Assembly: GCA_002269645.1 (NCBI GenBank)
Contig: NIVC01001098.1
Coordinates: 248,001 to 312,000, forward strand
DNA: 64,000 bases
Reading direction: 5' to 3'
Source: Macrostomum lignano
Taxonomy: Eukaryota
This document shows, piece after piece, positions 10,870 to 23,265 of the stretch. Position 1 is the first letter of the stretch, and each line of letters opens with the position of its first letter. The notes below the pieces were generated by a model that ran no database searches, was not told where the DNA came from, and was given only the letters and a program-made list of their open reading frames with translations. The position numbers and the translations under genes were made by a program.

Positions 10870-12714
10870 ATGAAAGATCGAAGGCAGCTAAGAACGGGTG
10901 CTGGTGGGCGACCTGAGACGAAAACGGCAAACCGCAGTCCCAGTTGCCGCCTGTGCCGCAAGGTGTTTCTCAGCAGCCAGCGCCTCAGCACTCACCTGGT
11001 CTGTCGCTGCAGGCAGCAAAAGGTTGCGGCGAGAACCAAGAAGCTGAAAGCTCCATCTGCCGGGAGTATTTCCAACAGTAACGGCAAAGATGAGGGAGAT
11101 GCTGGGAGACTGGCTGTCTTCCAGTCAAGTCCAGCAAAGAAGCAGGGCCCGAAGCCGCGCAAAAATACGCAGGGTGAGAAAAAGCAATCTGCAGCAAACG
11201 GAGCAGCCAAAGTGCTGTCTGCAAAACTGCCAAGCAGGAGACAAATGAATGGCTTACCTTCAGTAAGGGAGGTGAAAGTCAGTAAGGTGAGCTGCGCTAA
11301 CGGAACTGACCAGCCGGAGCCTTCATCTTGCCGCCATTGCTCGAAGTCATTTCGCCACCAAATTGTTCTGCTTCGGCACGTTCAGCGAGGCTGTGTTGGC
11401 GCTGCCAGCCAGAGCAAGACTGAAGGTAGCAAAAGTTTTCAGAGAACTGCAGCAGCCACAGTTCCAGTGTGCTCCGAGGCAAGCAGTGTTCCGGTCTCTG
11501 CTCCGTCACAATCGGCTGTCAAATCTGCCGCTGAGAAATCCAACGGCGAGGTTAATGTGCCCGGCTCGGCGAGCTGCGTATTGTGCAGGCGCTCATTCGC
11601 TACCAAGTCGTCACTGTATCGCCACAACCGCAGACATCATAAAGACAAGCCCGAGATCGGAGAGAAAGTTGAACTCTTTATTGGCAAGAAGGCGAAAGCC
11701 GGCGCTGGTAGTCAAGCTAAAAAATTGCGCGCCCAGGTTTCAAAGAAATTCCAGTCCGACAGGCGCCAGCGATCAGACACAGCGGAGGCAGAGCAGTTCA
11801 GCGGAGATGCAACCAGCCAGTCCGCTAGTAAGGTGGAAATCGAATTTGACGAGTTTATTAGAAGAAAGTCAAACGCAGGCTCGGGCAAGGCCGGGAAAAA
11901 GCAGTCTGCTCCTGTCCCCATAGCTGCTTGTAAGAAAAATGCCAAGCCTCAGTTGCCTTGTTTGAAGTCTCGCAAGCCTGAGTCAGAAAATGCTGCAAAA
12001 AGAAAGCGAATGGAATGCGATAATTGCGACGAAGCTTTCTTCGGCACCTCATCGCCGAAGCGTCACGTGCAGCGATTTCACGCAGCCAAGGTTAAACAGG
12101 CAAGCAATGGAATCTCACGAGCCACAACGCCCAGCCCCATGGCGGCCTGCGTTACCAATGGCAACGATAGTCACTCGGGTACCAGTAGCAGCAGCAGCAG
12201 CCCCCAGTCAATGGTAGACTCGCCTACCGATTGCGGCTCCGCTACTCCCGTTGAGGCCGTGGCGCCCAGACCGCCAGTTTACCTGTGCTGGACCCCCAGG
12301 CCCGTGTTCAAGACCGCCAGAATTGTGTATCGCGGCAAGCATGGCGGCAAGAAACGCAAAGTTCTGCTGCCTGCTGCTGCTTCTGCTGCCGCCTGCGGCC
12401 CTCCAGCGACTTCCATCAGGCGGGTGAACTCCTGCTTTGCTGAGCTCAGCTCTGCCGACCACCTGGCTGCTCCCCTTAGCGCTGGGCCTCCGGTGCCAGC
12501 TTCTGCCGCTCTCTCATTTCTTCCGGCCACCGATCTCAGCTGGAACCCCTTCGAGCTGCCATGGGAGCGGAAGCTGCTGCCGCCAGATGCGGCTCCCTGC
12601 TGCCCGGCGCTGGCCCGCCGACTGGGCGATCCGGACTTCTCCATCCACGCCTGCCGCCTGATGGCCCGGCGGATCACCGCCTCGGGCGAGTCCGCCCTCA
12701 TGGTGTGGGGCTGA
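10870..12714 (+). CDS. Zinc-finger protein with four dispersed fingers (2 C2HC, 2 C2H2)
   Basis: Long single ORF. Fingers CRLC-x12-H-x4-C, CRHC-x12-H-x4-C, CVLC-x12-HNRRHH, CDNC-x12-HVQRFH. The start is uncertain: an acceptor ...tatttcag ends at 10817 and the first in-frame ATG after it is 10870. Confidence 0.75.
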   Translation: MKDRRQLRTGAGGRPETKTANRSPSCRLCRKVFLSSQRLSTHLVCRCRQQKVAARTKKLKAPSAGSISNSNGKDEGDAGRLAVFQSSPAKKQGPKPRKNTQGEKKQSAANGAAKVLSAKLPSRRQMNGLPSVREVKVSKVSCANGTDQPEPSSCRHCSKSFRHQIVLLRHVQRGCVGAASQSKTEGSKSFQRTAAATVPVCSEASSVPVSAPSQSAVKSAAEKSNGEVNVPGSASCVLCRRSFATKSSLYRHNRRHHKDKPEIGEKVELFIGKKAKAGAGSQAKKLRAQVSKKFQSDRRQRSDTAEAEQFSGDATSQSASKVEIEFDEFIRRKSNAGSGKAGKKQSAPVPIAACKKNAKPQLPCLKSRKPESENAAKRKRMECDNCDEAFFGTSSPKRHVQRFHAAKVKQASNGISRATTPSPMAACVTNGNDSHSGTSSSSSSPQSMVDSPTDCGSATPVEAVAPRPPVYLCWTPRPVFKTARIVYRGKHGGKKRKVLLPAAASAAACGPPATSIRRVNSCFAELSSADHLAAPLSAGPPVPASAALSFLPATDLSWNPFELPWERKLLPPDAAPCCPALARRLGDPDFSIHACRLMARRITASGESALMVWG

Positions 12715-12960
12715 GGGCCTGTGTTGGCCCCGGGATGGTTTCGTGTTCGAGTTCCTGTGCAGTTATTCCCATGGACACCTGAATCCTATGGATTGGAAGC
12801 CGTTTGTCGCTTCCAGTCCATTCTAAATTGTTAGTCCTGCAAAATGCTTGTTCCAAATAATTCATGGAACCTTGTGTCTGAGTTTTCATTCATTATATTC
12901 AATATTCAATTTTGATAGTTAAATTAAAGATTTTTTCCTCCGAGTAGCAATTTTCATATT

Positions 12961-13258
12961 TTTACTGAATAGGGGAGTGGCGCTCACCCTGTCCATCTAT
13001 CATAGTTAGCGCTATTTAGTATTTACTGAATAGGGGAGTGGCGCTCACCCTGTCCATCTATCATAGTTAGCGCTATTTAGTATTTACTGAATAGGGGAGT
13101 GGGCTCACCCTGTCCATCTATCATAGTTAGCGCTATTTAGTATTTACTGAATAGGGGAGTGGCGCTCACCCTGTCCATCTATCATAGTTGGCGCTATTTA
13201 GTATTTACTGAATAGGGGAGTGGCGCTCACCATCTAGTTAGCGCTATTTAGTATTTAT
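12961..13258. repeat. 61-bp tandem repeat, ~4.8 copies
   Basis: Unit tttactgaataggggagtggcgctcaccctgtccatctatcatagttagcgctatttagta starting at 12961, 13022, 13083, 13143, 13204. Confidence 0.95.
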
Positions 13259-13709
13259 TGTCTGTGTGCATCAGATGTTTATTCCCACCAGCCTTGACCA
13301 TGCTGCTGGCATCACTGACTTCTGGTGTCACTATTTGCCTCTGTTTTTTATTCTACTAAATCCAGTGTAGACTGGCGTGCCCTGCTGTACTAGTAGCCTA
13401 TTTAAGGCTGTTAGTAGTCAGCTGTTTTTAAATTGCAACTTGTTTTGCTAATCAAAGCTTACTCTGCTTTATGCTTTGCTGTCACCGCTTTTTTCTTTTC
13501 GCACTGCCCGTTTGCTTTGTTCTTATTATAACTGTTGTGGCGTCACAGATTCTTGATGATGAGGCTGATGTACTTTTGATTCTTTATTTACTGTCTGTTG
13601 TTTTAAATTACTCTGTTAATCAGGTCTTCATTGTGGTTTTTTTAATGTTAACATAAAAATTATCAGGTGTAGCATGAATTTTTTCCCATTGTTTTTAACT
13701 TATAGCTCT

Positions 13710-14077
13710 TTTTTTTTTTTTTTTTTTAGAGGCAGGGGGGTTGTGTGCACCCTGGCGCACTTTAAGCGACATAGGCACACAACCGGCGAGAGGCATTACT
13801 GCCCATTCCGCCGACTCCCCTGAGCAGGCATACAAGCGCGCGGATACGTACGCAGGCACACACTCACACAGGAGTGTACAGCGGCCCTAACTAAATTTTA
13901 TCGTTAGGCATGTACACTTCACTGCGCCTTGGGGGGTTGGCTCTCAAGGCCGTTAATTGCACAAGCGAGCCAAGCCGAAATTCCAATTCAGCCCCAAATT
14001 AATGTGGCTGCACTTGGAATCGAGCCTGGGTCGCTGGCACACCAGAGCAGCTGCGCTACCGCTGGGCTACGGCCCCC
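13710..14077 (-). mobile_element. tRNA-derived SINE, copy 1, with poly(A) tail and TSD
   Basis: Minus-strand head GGGGGCCGTAGCCCAGCGGTAGCGC...GGCTCGATTCC (A/B-box-like), poly(A) tail, TSD cttatagctct at 13699-13709 and 14078-14088. Near-identical copy at 41409-41778. Confidence 0.92.
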
Positions 14078-14511
14078 CTTATAGCTCTTAATTTTAGTGA
14101 ATTTTAGTGAAATTGTATTTGGAATTATTAGTATGAGCACCCGTTCAGTGCCGGCCATGCTTGTCTCCGCCAGCCAGTTACTAATATTCTACTGTGTTGG
14201 TCCGTAGCCCTGTTTCCATCTACTAGTGACACTTCTGTTCTAATTTTGTAGCAGCGTTGCAAATTATGTCTGTTTTGTCTTTCCTCAGTTCTTGATAGTT
14301 GATAATTATGATTATTGTTAGTCATCAATAAATAGGATAATTAATTTTGGTGGCTGTAATTTCTCCTAGCAATAAGAATAACTCTAAAAGCACTGTGTAG
14401 CCTCTGATTCTATGTATCTAATTGTTGTTAATGCAATAAATGGCGCAATTTTGCTTTCTCCAGCATCGCAGCTTCGCCTCTTGGTTGCCTGCTTTCGGGC
14501 CATTGTGTTGT

Positions 14512-15837
14512 TGTAGGTGGGTGCCAGTTTCAGTGAGTCTAATTGTAGGTGGGTGCCAGTTTCAGTGAGTCTAATTGTAGTTGGGTGCCAGTTTCAGTGA
14601 GTCTAATTGTAGTTGGGTGCCAGTTTCAGTGAGTCTAATTGCAGGTGGGTGCCAGTTTCAGTGAGTCTAATTGTAGCTGGGTGCCAGTTTCAGTGAGTCT
14701 AATTTGTAGGTGAGTGCCAGTTTCAGTGAGTCTAATTGTAGGTGGGTGCCAGTTTCAGTGAGTCTAATTGTAGTTGGGTGCCAGTTTCAGTGAGTCTAAT
14801 TGTAGTTGGGTGCCAGTTTCAGTGAGTCTAATTGTAGGTGGGTGCCAGTTTCAGTGAGTCTAATTGTAGTTGGGTGCCAGTTTCAGTGAGTCTAATTGCA
14901 GGTGGGTGCCAGTTTCAGTGAGTCTAATTGTAGGTGAGTGCCAGTTTCAGTGAGTCTAATTGTAGCTGGGTGCCAGTTTCAGTGAGTCTAATTGTAGCTG
15001 GGTGCCAGTTTCAGTGAGTCTAATTGTAAGTGGGTGCCAGTTTCAGTGAGTCTAATTGTAGCTGGGTGCCAGTTTCAGTGAGTCTAATTTGTAGGTGAGT
15101 GCCAGTTTCAGTGAGTCTAATTGTAGGTGGGTGCCAGTTTCAGTGAGTCTAATTGTAGTTGGGTGCCAGTTTCAGTGAGTCTAATTGTAGTTGGGTGCCA
15201 GTTTCAGTGAGTCTAATTGTAGGTGGGTGCCAGTTTCAGTGAGTCTAATTGTAGTTGGGTGCCAGTTTCAGTGAGTCTAATTGCAGGTGGGTGCCAGTTT
15301 CAGTGAGTCTAATTGTAGGTGAGTGCCAGTTTCAGTGAGTCTAATTGTAGCTGGGTGCCAGTTTCAGTGAGTCTAATTGTAGCTGGGTGCCAGTTTCAGT
15401 GAGTCTAATTGTAAGTGGGTGCCAGTTTCAGTGAGTCTAATTGTAGCTGGGTGCCAGTTTCAGTGAGTCTAATTGTAAGTGGGTGCCAGTTTCAGTGAGT
15501 CTAATTGCAGGTGGGTGCCAGTTTCAGTGAGTCTAATTGCAGGTGGGTGCCAGTTTCAGTGAGTCTAATTGTAGGTGAGTGCCAGTTTCAGTGAGTCTAA
15601 TTGTAGCTGGGTGCCAGTTTCAGTGAGTCTAATTGTAGCTGGGTGCCAGTTTCAGTGAGTCTAATTGTAAGTGGGTGCCAGTTTCAGTGAGTCTAATTGC
15701 AGGTGGGTGCCAGTTTCAGTGAGTCTAATTGTAGGTGAGTACCAGTTTCAGTGAGTCTAATTGTAGCTGGGTGCCAGTTTCAGTGAGTCTAATTGTAGCT
15801 GGGTGCCAGTTTCAGTGAGTCTAATTGCAGGTGGGTG
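14512..15837. repeat. 32-bp minisatellite, ~41 copies
   Basis: Unit gtgccagtttcagtgagtctaattgtag(g/t/c)tgg. Confidence 0.97.
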
Positions 15838-15854
15838 CCGGGAAAAAGAGACGG

Positions 15855-16070
15855 ATTCAGTGGCTGAGCGGTAGGCAGTTTCAGTGGCTGAGCGGTAGGC
15901 AGATTCAGTGGCTGAGCGGTAGGCAGATTCAGTGGCTGAGCGGTAGGCAGATTCATTGGCTGAGCGGTAGGCAGATTCAGTGGCTGAGCGGTAGGCAGAT
16001 TCAGTGGCTGAGCGGTAGGCAGATTCAGTGGCTGAGCGGTAGGCAGATTCAGTGGCTGAGCGGTAGGCAA
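15855..16070. repeat. 24-bp minisatellite upstream of PDCD6
   Basis: Unit gattcagtggctgagcggtaggca, ~9 copies. Confidence 0.95.
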
Positions 16071-16127
16071 ATTCAAGGAGCAAATAGAGCCAAACCATCC
16101 CGGCCTGCAGAAGCAATTGGCCGTTAA

Positions 16128-17354
<1,227 letters not shown>

Positions 17355-18514
17355 GGGATCTGGGTGCGGGGATCTGCATCAACTATGAGACCTTCCTGAG
17401 CATTGTGTTTAACACCGCTGTGAACAAGTAGGGGATCTGGGTGCGGGGATCTGCATCAACTATGAGACTTTCCTGAGCAGTGTGTTCAACACCGCTGTGA
17501 ACAAGTAGGGGATCTGGGTACGGGGATCTGCATCAACTATGAGACTTTCCTGAGCAGTGTGTTCAACACCGCTGTGAACAAGTAGGGGATCTGGGTGCGG
17601 GGATCTGCATCAACTATGAGACTTTCCTGAGCAGTGTGTTCAACACCGCTGTGAACAAGTAGGGGATCTGGGTGCGGGGATCTGCATCAACTATGAGACT
17701 TTCCTGAGCAGTGTGTTCAACACCGCTGTGAACAAGTAGGGGATCTGGGTACGGGGATCTGCATCAACTATGAGACTTTCCTGAGCAGTGTGTTCAACAC
17801 CGCTGTGAACAAGTAGGGGATCTGGGTACGGGGATCTGCATCAACTATGAGACTTTCCTGAGCAGTGTGTTCAACACCGCTGTGAACAAGTAGGGGATCT
17901 GGGTGCGGGGATCTGCATCAACTATGAGACTTTCCTGAGCAGTGTGTTCAACACCGCTGTGAACAAGTAGGGGATCTGGGCGAATCAGTTTGTGCATCCG
18001 CACCAAATGCAGATGAGGTTTTCAATGCCCCATAGAGGTCTTTGTCATTGGTTTTGAATTTTTTTTATTGAACTCTCCCGTAAATCATGATTGCTTACTG
18101 AAGTCTGGGTTGAGCCAGTAATTAGTACTGTATATTTCCAATTTCGCATGCTTCAGTTACTGACGCGCAGTTGTGTTTTTTCTGTTGCAATAAGCCACCC
18201 GTACTCAGCAATTACAAATATTAATTCAGTAATCTGCATTGCTATACCTGCTTTTTGCCAACTGATTCATATATACCGTAGTTTTCCGTTTAAGGCATCG
18301 TGTTTTATGCGGCTTTAAAGTTTTTTTCAATGGCAACTCGCTTTGAACGGGTCTGTGTCCGCTTGAGCAATATACATATTAAAATATGTCGATGAGTTTT
18401 TTTCCTTGTTCCACAGCACGTCGAGGCTTGTTATTATTTCAAAAAATCAGGTGGAACATTCAGACCGCCAACTTTTATTAACCTGCCCTCACTCTGATTG
18501 TGGTGGGGTCAGTC

Positions 18515-19078
18515 CGACCCCACTCTGATTGGTCAGCCAGTCAGACCCCGCTCTGATTGGCCAGCCAGTCAGACCCCGCTCTGATTGGCCAGCCAGTCAG
18601 ACACCGCTCTGATTGGCCAGCCAGTCAGACCCCGCTCTGATTGGCCAGCCAGTCAGACCCCGCTCTGATTGGCCAGCCAGTCAGACCCCACTCTGATTGG
18701 CCAGCCAGTCACACCCCACTTTGATTGGTCAGCCAGTCCCACTCCACTCTGATTGGTCAGCCAGTCCCACTCCACTCTGATTGGTCAGCCAGTCCCACTC
18801 CACTCTGATTGGCCAGCTAGTCAGACCCCACTCTGATTGGTCAGCCAGTCCCACTCCACTCTGATTGGCCAGCCAGTCAGACCCCACTCTGATTGGCCAG
18901 CCAGTCTCACCCCACTCTGATTGGCCAGCCAGTCACACCCCGCCAGCCAGTCACACCCCGCCAGCCAGTCCCACTCCACTCTGATTGGCCAGACAGTCAT
19001 ACCCCACTCTGATTGGCCAGACAGTCACACCCCGCTCTGATTGGCCAGCCAGTCACACCCCGCTCTGATTGGCCAGCT
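18515..19078. repeat. 28-bp CCAAT-containing minisatellite immediately upstream of PPIL2
   Basis: Unit ctctgattggccagccagtcagaccccg, about 19 copies carrying gattgg. Confidence 0.93.
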
Positions 19079-19108
19079 TACAGCCAGCCTTGCCTCCCCG
19101 CAGCAGCA

Positions 19109-22100
19109 ATGGGCAAGAAGCAGCACTCCAAGGACACTTTGCACATCCGACCCACCGAGTGGGCGGAGGACTTCGGCGGCAAGACCGGCCGGCCCGCCCA
19201 GACCGTGCTGAAGCGCCTGCCGTTTGACTTCTGCGCCCTCAGCCTGCAGCCGTTCACGACGCCGCTGTGCACGCGAGATGGCGTGGTGTTCGACCTGAAG
19301 AACATCCAGGACTTTCTCAAGCAGTTCGGCGTCAGCCCCGTCACGGGCGAGAAGATGACCCGGCGCGACCTGGTGGAGCTGCACTTCCACAAGAACGCGG
19401 AGGGCCGCTACTTCTGTCCCGTCACCTACAAGGTCTTCACGCCCAGCAGCCATATCGTTGCCATAGCGACCTCCGGCAATGTTTACTCTAAGGTGAGTCT
19501 TGTGGCGATGACCGCAGTTCAGGATACAGGCGGTAGTCAATGACATTGGGAATATTGGCTGGCGGCAGTTAATAATATTTGGGATAGAGGCGACAGTCGG
19601 GTTTAGAGTGATGTGGAATAGAATTGGACGTTAAATATCGTGAAAGATGGCAGATTGGTATAGACAAATGGCAGATTGGGCTGGACAGATGGCAGATTAG
19701 GCTGGACACATGGCAGTTTGGGTTGGACACATGGCAGATTGGCAAGAAAAGCTGAATAAGTTGCTGCTAGGCTGGCCCTCACCGCACCATAAGCACAAAG
19801 CCTGGATTTCTGCTCCGTCGCCAGGACGCGGTCGACCAGCTGAACGTGAAGCCGGGCAACTGGCAGGACCTGCTGGATGGCAAGCCGTTCGCCCGCTCCG
19901 ACATCATCACCATCCAGGATCCCATGAACTTTGACAAGCGGGACATCACCAACTTCTACCACGTCAAGAACCGAGTCAAGCTGGACGACGGCAGCGGCGG
20001 CCAGTCGGCTCGGGTGGCGTCTCAGGAGGCCCGCGAAGCCCTGGCTTCTGTGGCCAAAATTCGAGCCGATGCGGCCGCCAACTCCAAGGCCAACCGGGAG
20101 GCGCTCCGCGGTCCCGATGTTGCCGAGGGCGCCGGCCTGCGGAGGAAGGTGAGGCGACGGTGGGATGGGGATGTGAGGTCAAGCAGATGGGATTTAGATG
20201 GAATACAGAGTTCAAGGGGCTGAGTGCGACATTGCTGAGCAGTGAGTTCAATCCGACCTCCCGCAGGCAGATGACACCATCAATGCAGCTCATTACTCAA
20301 CTGGCGCAGCGGCGGCTAGCTTCACCTCCACCACAATGGACCGAGTGACCCACCTGGAAGCGGCCAGGCTCGATGACGACCAGGTGAGGTACCCCCGGGT
20401 CAAAACAAAAGGCTACGTCCGCCTGGAGACCAACTTCGGCCAGCTGAACCTGGAGCTGGACTGCGAGCACTGTCCGAAGACTTGCGAGAATTTCATCCTT
20501 CTGTGCCGCAAGGGTTACTACGATGGCACCGTGTTTCACAGGTGAGACTTTCGGGTTTCATTTATTGTGAAGACTTTAATAAGATGAATTATTGTGTCAG
20601 TCGCATATTATAAATAGCCCGGCCTACAAACGAGTCGGAAAAATGAATATGAAGCAGATCTCGAGTGTGCGCGCAAAAGTGCTTATCTGGTGGAGCTTCG
20701 ATCAGATTAATTCTAAAAACGTCACGACTTGAAATTCATGCCACTCCGTCACTCCCGGTCTGTCACTCCCAGATCCGTGCGCCATTTCGTGCTGCAGGGC
20801 GGCGACCCCACCGGCACGGGCTCGGGCGGTGAGAGCGCCTGGGGCGGCTCCATCCGCGACGAGCTGCGCCCGTTTCTCAATCACGACAGCCGCGGCGTGC
20901 TGAGCATGGCGAACTCGGGCCCGAACTCGAACCGCAGCCAGTTCTTCATCACCTACAGGTCCTGTCGGCATCTGGACAGGCGGCACACCGTGTTCGGTCG
21001 GCTGGTCGGCGGCTCGGACACGCTGGACAGGATCGAGACCGTTGAGGTTGACAAGAATGACCGGCCGATTGAGGACGTGCGAATTCTCAGTGCCCAGGTG
21101 AGGCTTTTATTCTTGGCTGCAGAGTTCGGGTCACCGAGTGCGAATGTACTTTTATGTTGGCTGCAGCGTTGAGGTCACTGAGTACGGATGTACTTGTATT
21201 CTTGGCTGCAGAGTTCGGGTCACCGAGTGCGAATGTACTTTTATGTTGGCTGCAGCGTTGAGGTCACTGAGTACGGATGTACTTGTATTCTTGGCTGCAG
21301 AGTTCGGGTCACCGAGTGCGAATGTACTTTTATGTTGGCTGCAGCGTTGAGGTCACTGAGTGCGGATGTACTTGTATTCTTGGCTGCAGAGTTTAATTCA
21401 CTGAGTGCGGATGTACTTGTATTCTTGGCTGCAGAGTTCGGGTCACTGAGTGCGGATGTACTTTTATTCTTGGCTGCAGAGTTCGGGTCACCGAGTGCGA
21501 ATGTACTTTTATGTTGGCTGCAGCGTTGAGGTCACTGAGTACGGATGTACTTTTATTCTTGGCTGCAGAGTTCGGGTCACCGAGTGCGAATGTACTTTTA
21601 TTCTTGGCTGCAGAGTTCGGGTCACCGAGTGCGAATGTACTTTTATTCTTGGCTGCAGCGTTGAGGTCACTGAGTGCGGATGTACTTGTATTATTGGCTG
21701 CAGAGTTTAATTCACTGAGTGCGGATGTACTTGTATTCTTGGCTGCAGAGTTCGGGTCACTGAGTGCGGATGTACTTTTATTCTTGGCTGCAGAGTTCGG
21801 GTCACCGAGTGCGGATGTACTTTTATTCTTGGCTGCAGAGTTCGGGTCACTGAGTGCGGATGTACTTGTATTCTTGGCTGCAGAGTTCGGGTCACTGAGT
21901 GCGGATGTACTTGTATTCTTGGCTGCAGAGTTCGGGTCACTGAGTGCGGATGTACTTGTATTCTTGGCTGCAGAGTTCAGTAAAATGCCATCTTTGTTTT
22001 GGTTACTAGTGATATTTTTTCTGAATCTGCTCTGAGGGCGCAAACTGTGAAATCAGTAAAAGTCAAGACGGTTGTGGCTGGAGTCTCCTCACCCCCCCCC

Positions 22101-22426
22101 CCGCACCACGCCGACATTCGCAGGTGTTCGTGGACCCCTTCGAGCAGGTGGACGCAGCTCTGGCCTCTGAGCGGGCCGCTATCGCCTCTGCAGCCGCTCC
22201 CGCTTCCTCGCAGTCCGCCGCCACCACCTCGGCCACTCCCGCGGTGACCTCGCAGCCGAAGAAGGCCTTCGGCACCGGCGTCGGGCAGTTCCTCAACCTG
22301 CGCCAGCTGCAGAAGCAGCAGCAGGGCAAGCGGCAAGTCCCGCAGGCTCAGCCGGATTCGGGGCCGCCCAAGAAGCCCCGGTCTGTGAAGGACACGAGCC
22401 AGCTGAGCGACTTCAGCGGCTGGTGA
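19109..22426 (+). CDS. PPIL2: U-box/cyclophilin protein (Cyp60)
   Basis: Exons 19109-19492, 19825-20148, 20267-20541, 20773-21097, 22124-22426, phase-consistent GT-AG. N-term MGKKQHSKD, U-box LPFDFCALSLQPF..P, NAAHYSTG..AASFTST, cyclophilin domain FHRSVRHFVLQGGDPTGTGSGGES, SMANSGPNSNRSQFFITY, C-term DFSGW. Confidence 0.96.
21105..21977. repeat. 45-bp minisatellite in PPIL2 intron 4
   Basis: Unit ttcttggctgcagagttcgggtcactgagtgcggatgtacttgta with variants. Confidence 0.95.
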
Positions 22427-22692
22427 TGGCCACCGGTTCTGCGTTTCTAAGAAACTCTGACTTGCTTGCTCTTAATGCACGCTTGGCCCTGATCAACTCA
22501 CTCCTCTGCTCCAGCTGTATTTGTGCTCTGCGAAATTGTTGCCTCAAGCTTAAACTGAGCAAGCACGCAATAAATATATAATATTGTTGCTATAATCCTG
22601 CTTTTTCATATGATTCTTTTGCGTTTTTTTATTCAAACAGCTGTACGTAACAAACTAGGAAATATTATTCTCTGATGATTTACCACAGTTTT

Positions 22693-23062
22693 ACTAACCT
22701 TTAATGCATGGGGGTCTTTATCTTCACTAACCTTTAATGCATAGGGGTCTTTATCTTCACTAACCTTTAATGCATAGGGGTCTTTATCTTCACTAACCTT
22801 TAATGCATAGGGGTCTTTATCTTCACTAACCTTTAATGCATAGGGGTCTTTATCTTCACTAACCTTAGATGCACAGGGGTCTTTATCTTCACTAACCTTT
22901 AATGCATAGAGGTCTTTATCTTCACTAACCTTAGATGCGTAGAGGTCTTTATCTTCACTAACCTTAGATCATAGAGGTCTTTATCTTCACTAACCTTAGA
23001 TGCGTAGAGGTCTTTATCTTCACTAACCTTAGATGCATAGAGGTCTTTATCTTCACTAACCC
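22693..23062. repeat. 33-bp minisatellite between PPIL2 and PTPA
   Basis: Unit ggggtctttatcttcactaacctttaatgcata, ~11 copies. Confidence 0.95.
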
Positions 23063-23265
23063 GAAACTTTGCAAGCTCGCAATTCTGATCTGGTGAATTT
23101 CTGCCCAAGTGAAAGTGCCTGAAGTTTTCGCTACTTAAGCAATAAAAATTTGGCCTAATTAAATTTCGAGTTTGAAATTTCGCTTCCTACTGGCAGCCTC
23201 TCAAGCCCGCCTTTGATTCTTGTGGCACCGAACTTCCCTGCCCGCTGCAGCCGCCCCGATCAGCC

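Noticed and set aside
13990-14077. tRNA gene on the minus strand (also 41690-41778)
   Set aside because: It is the head of the poly(A)-tailed, TSD-flanked SINE.
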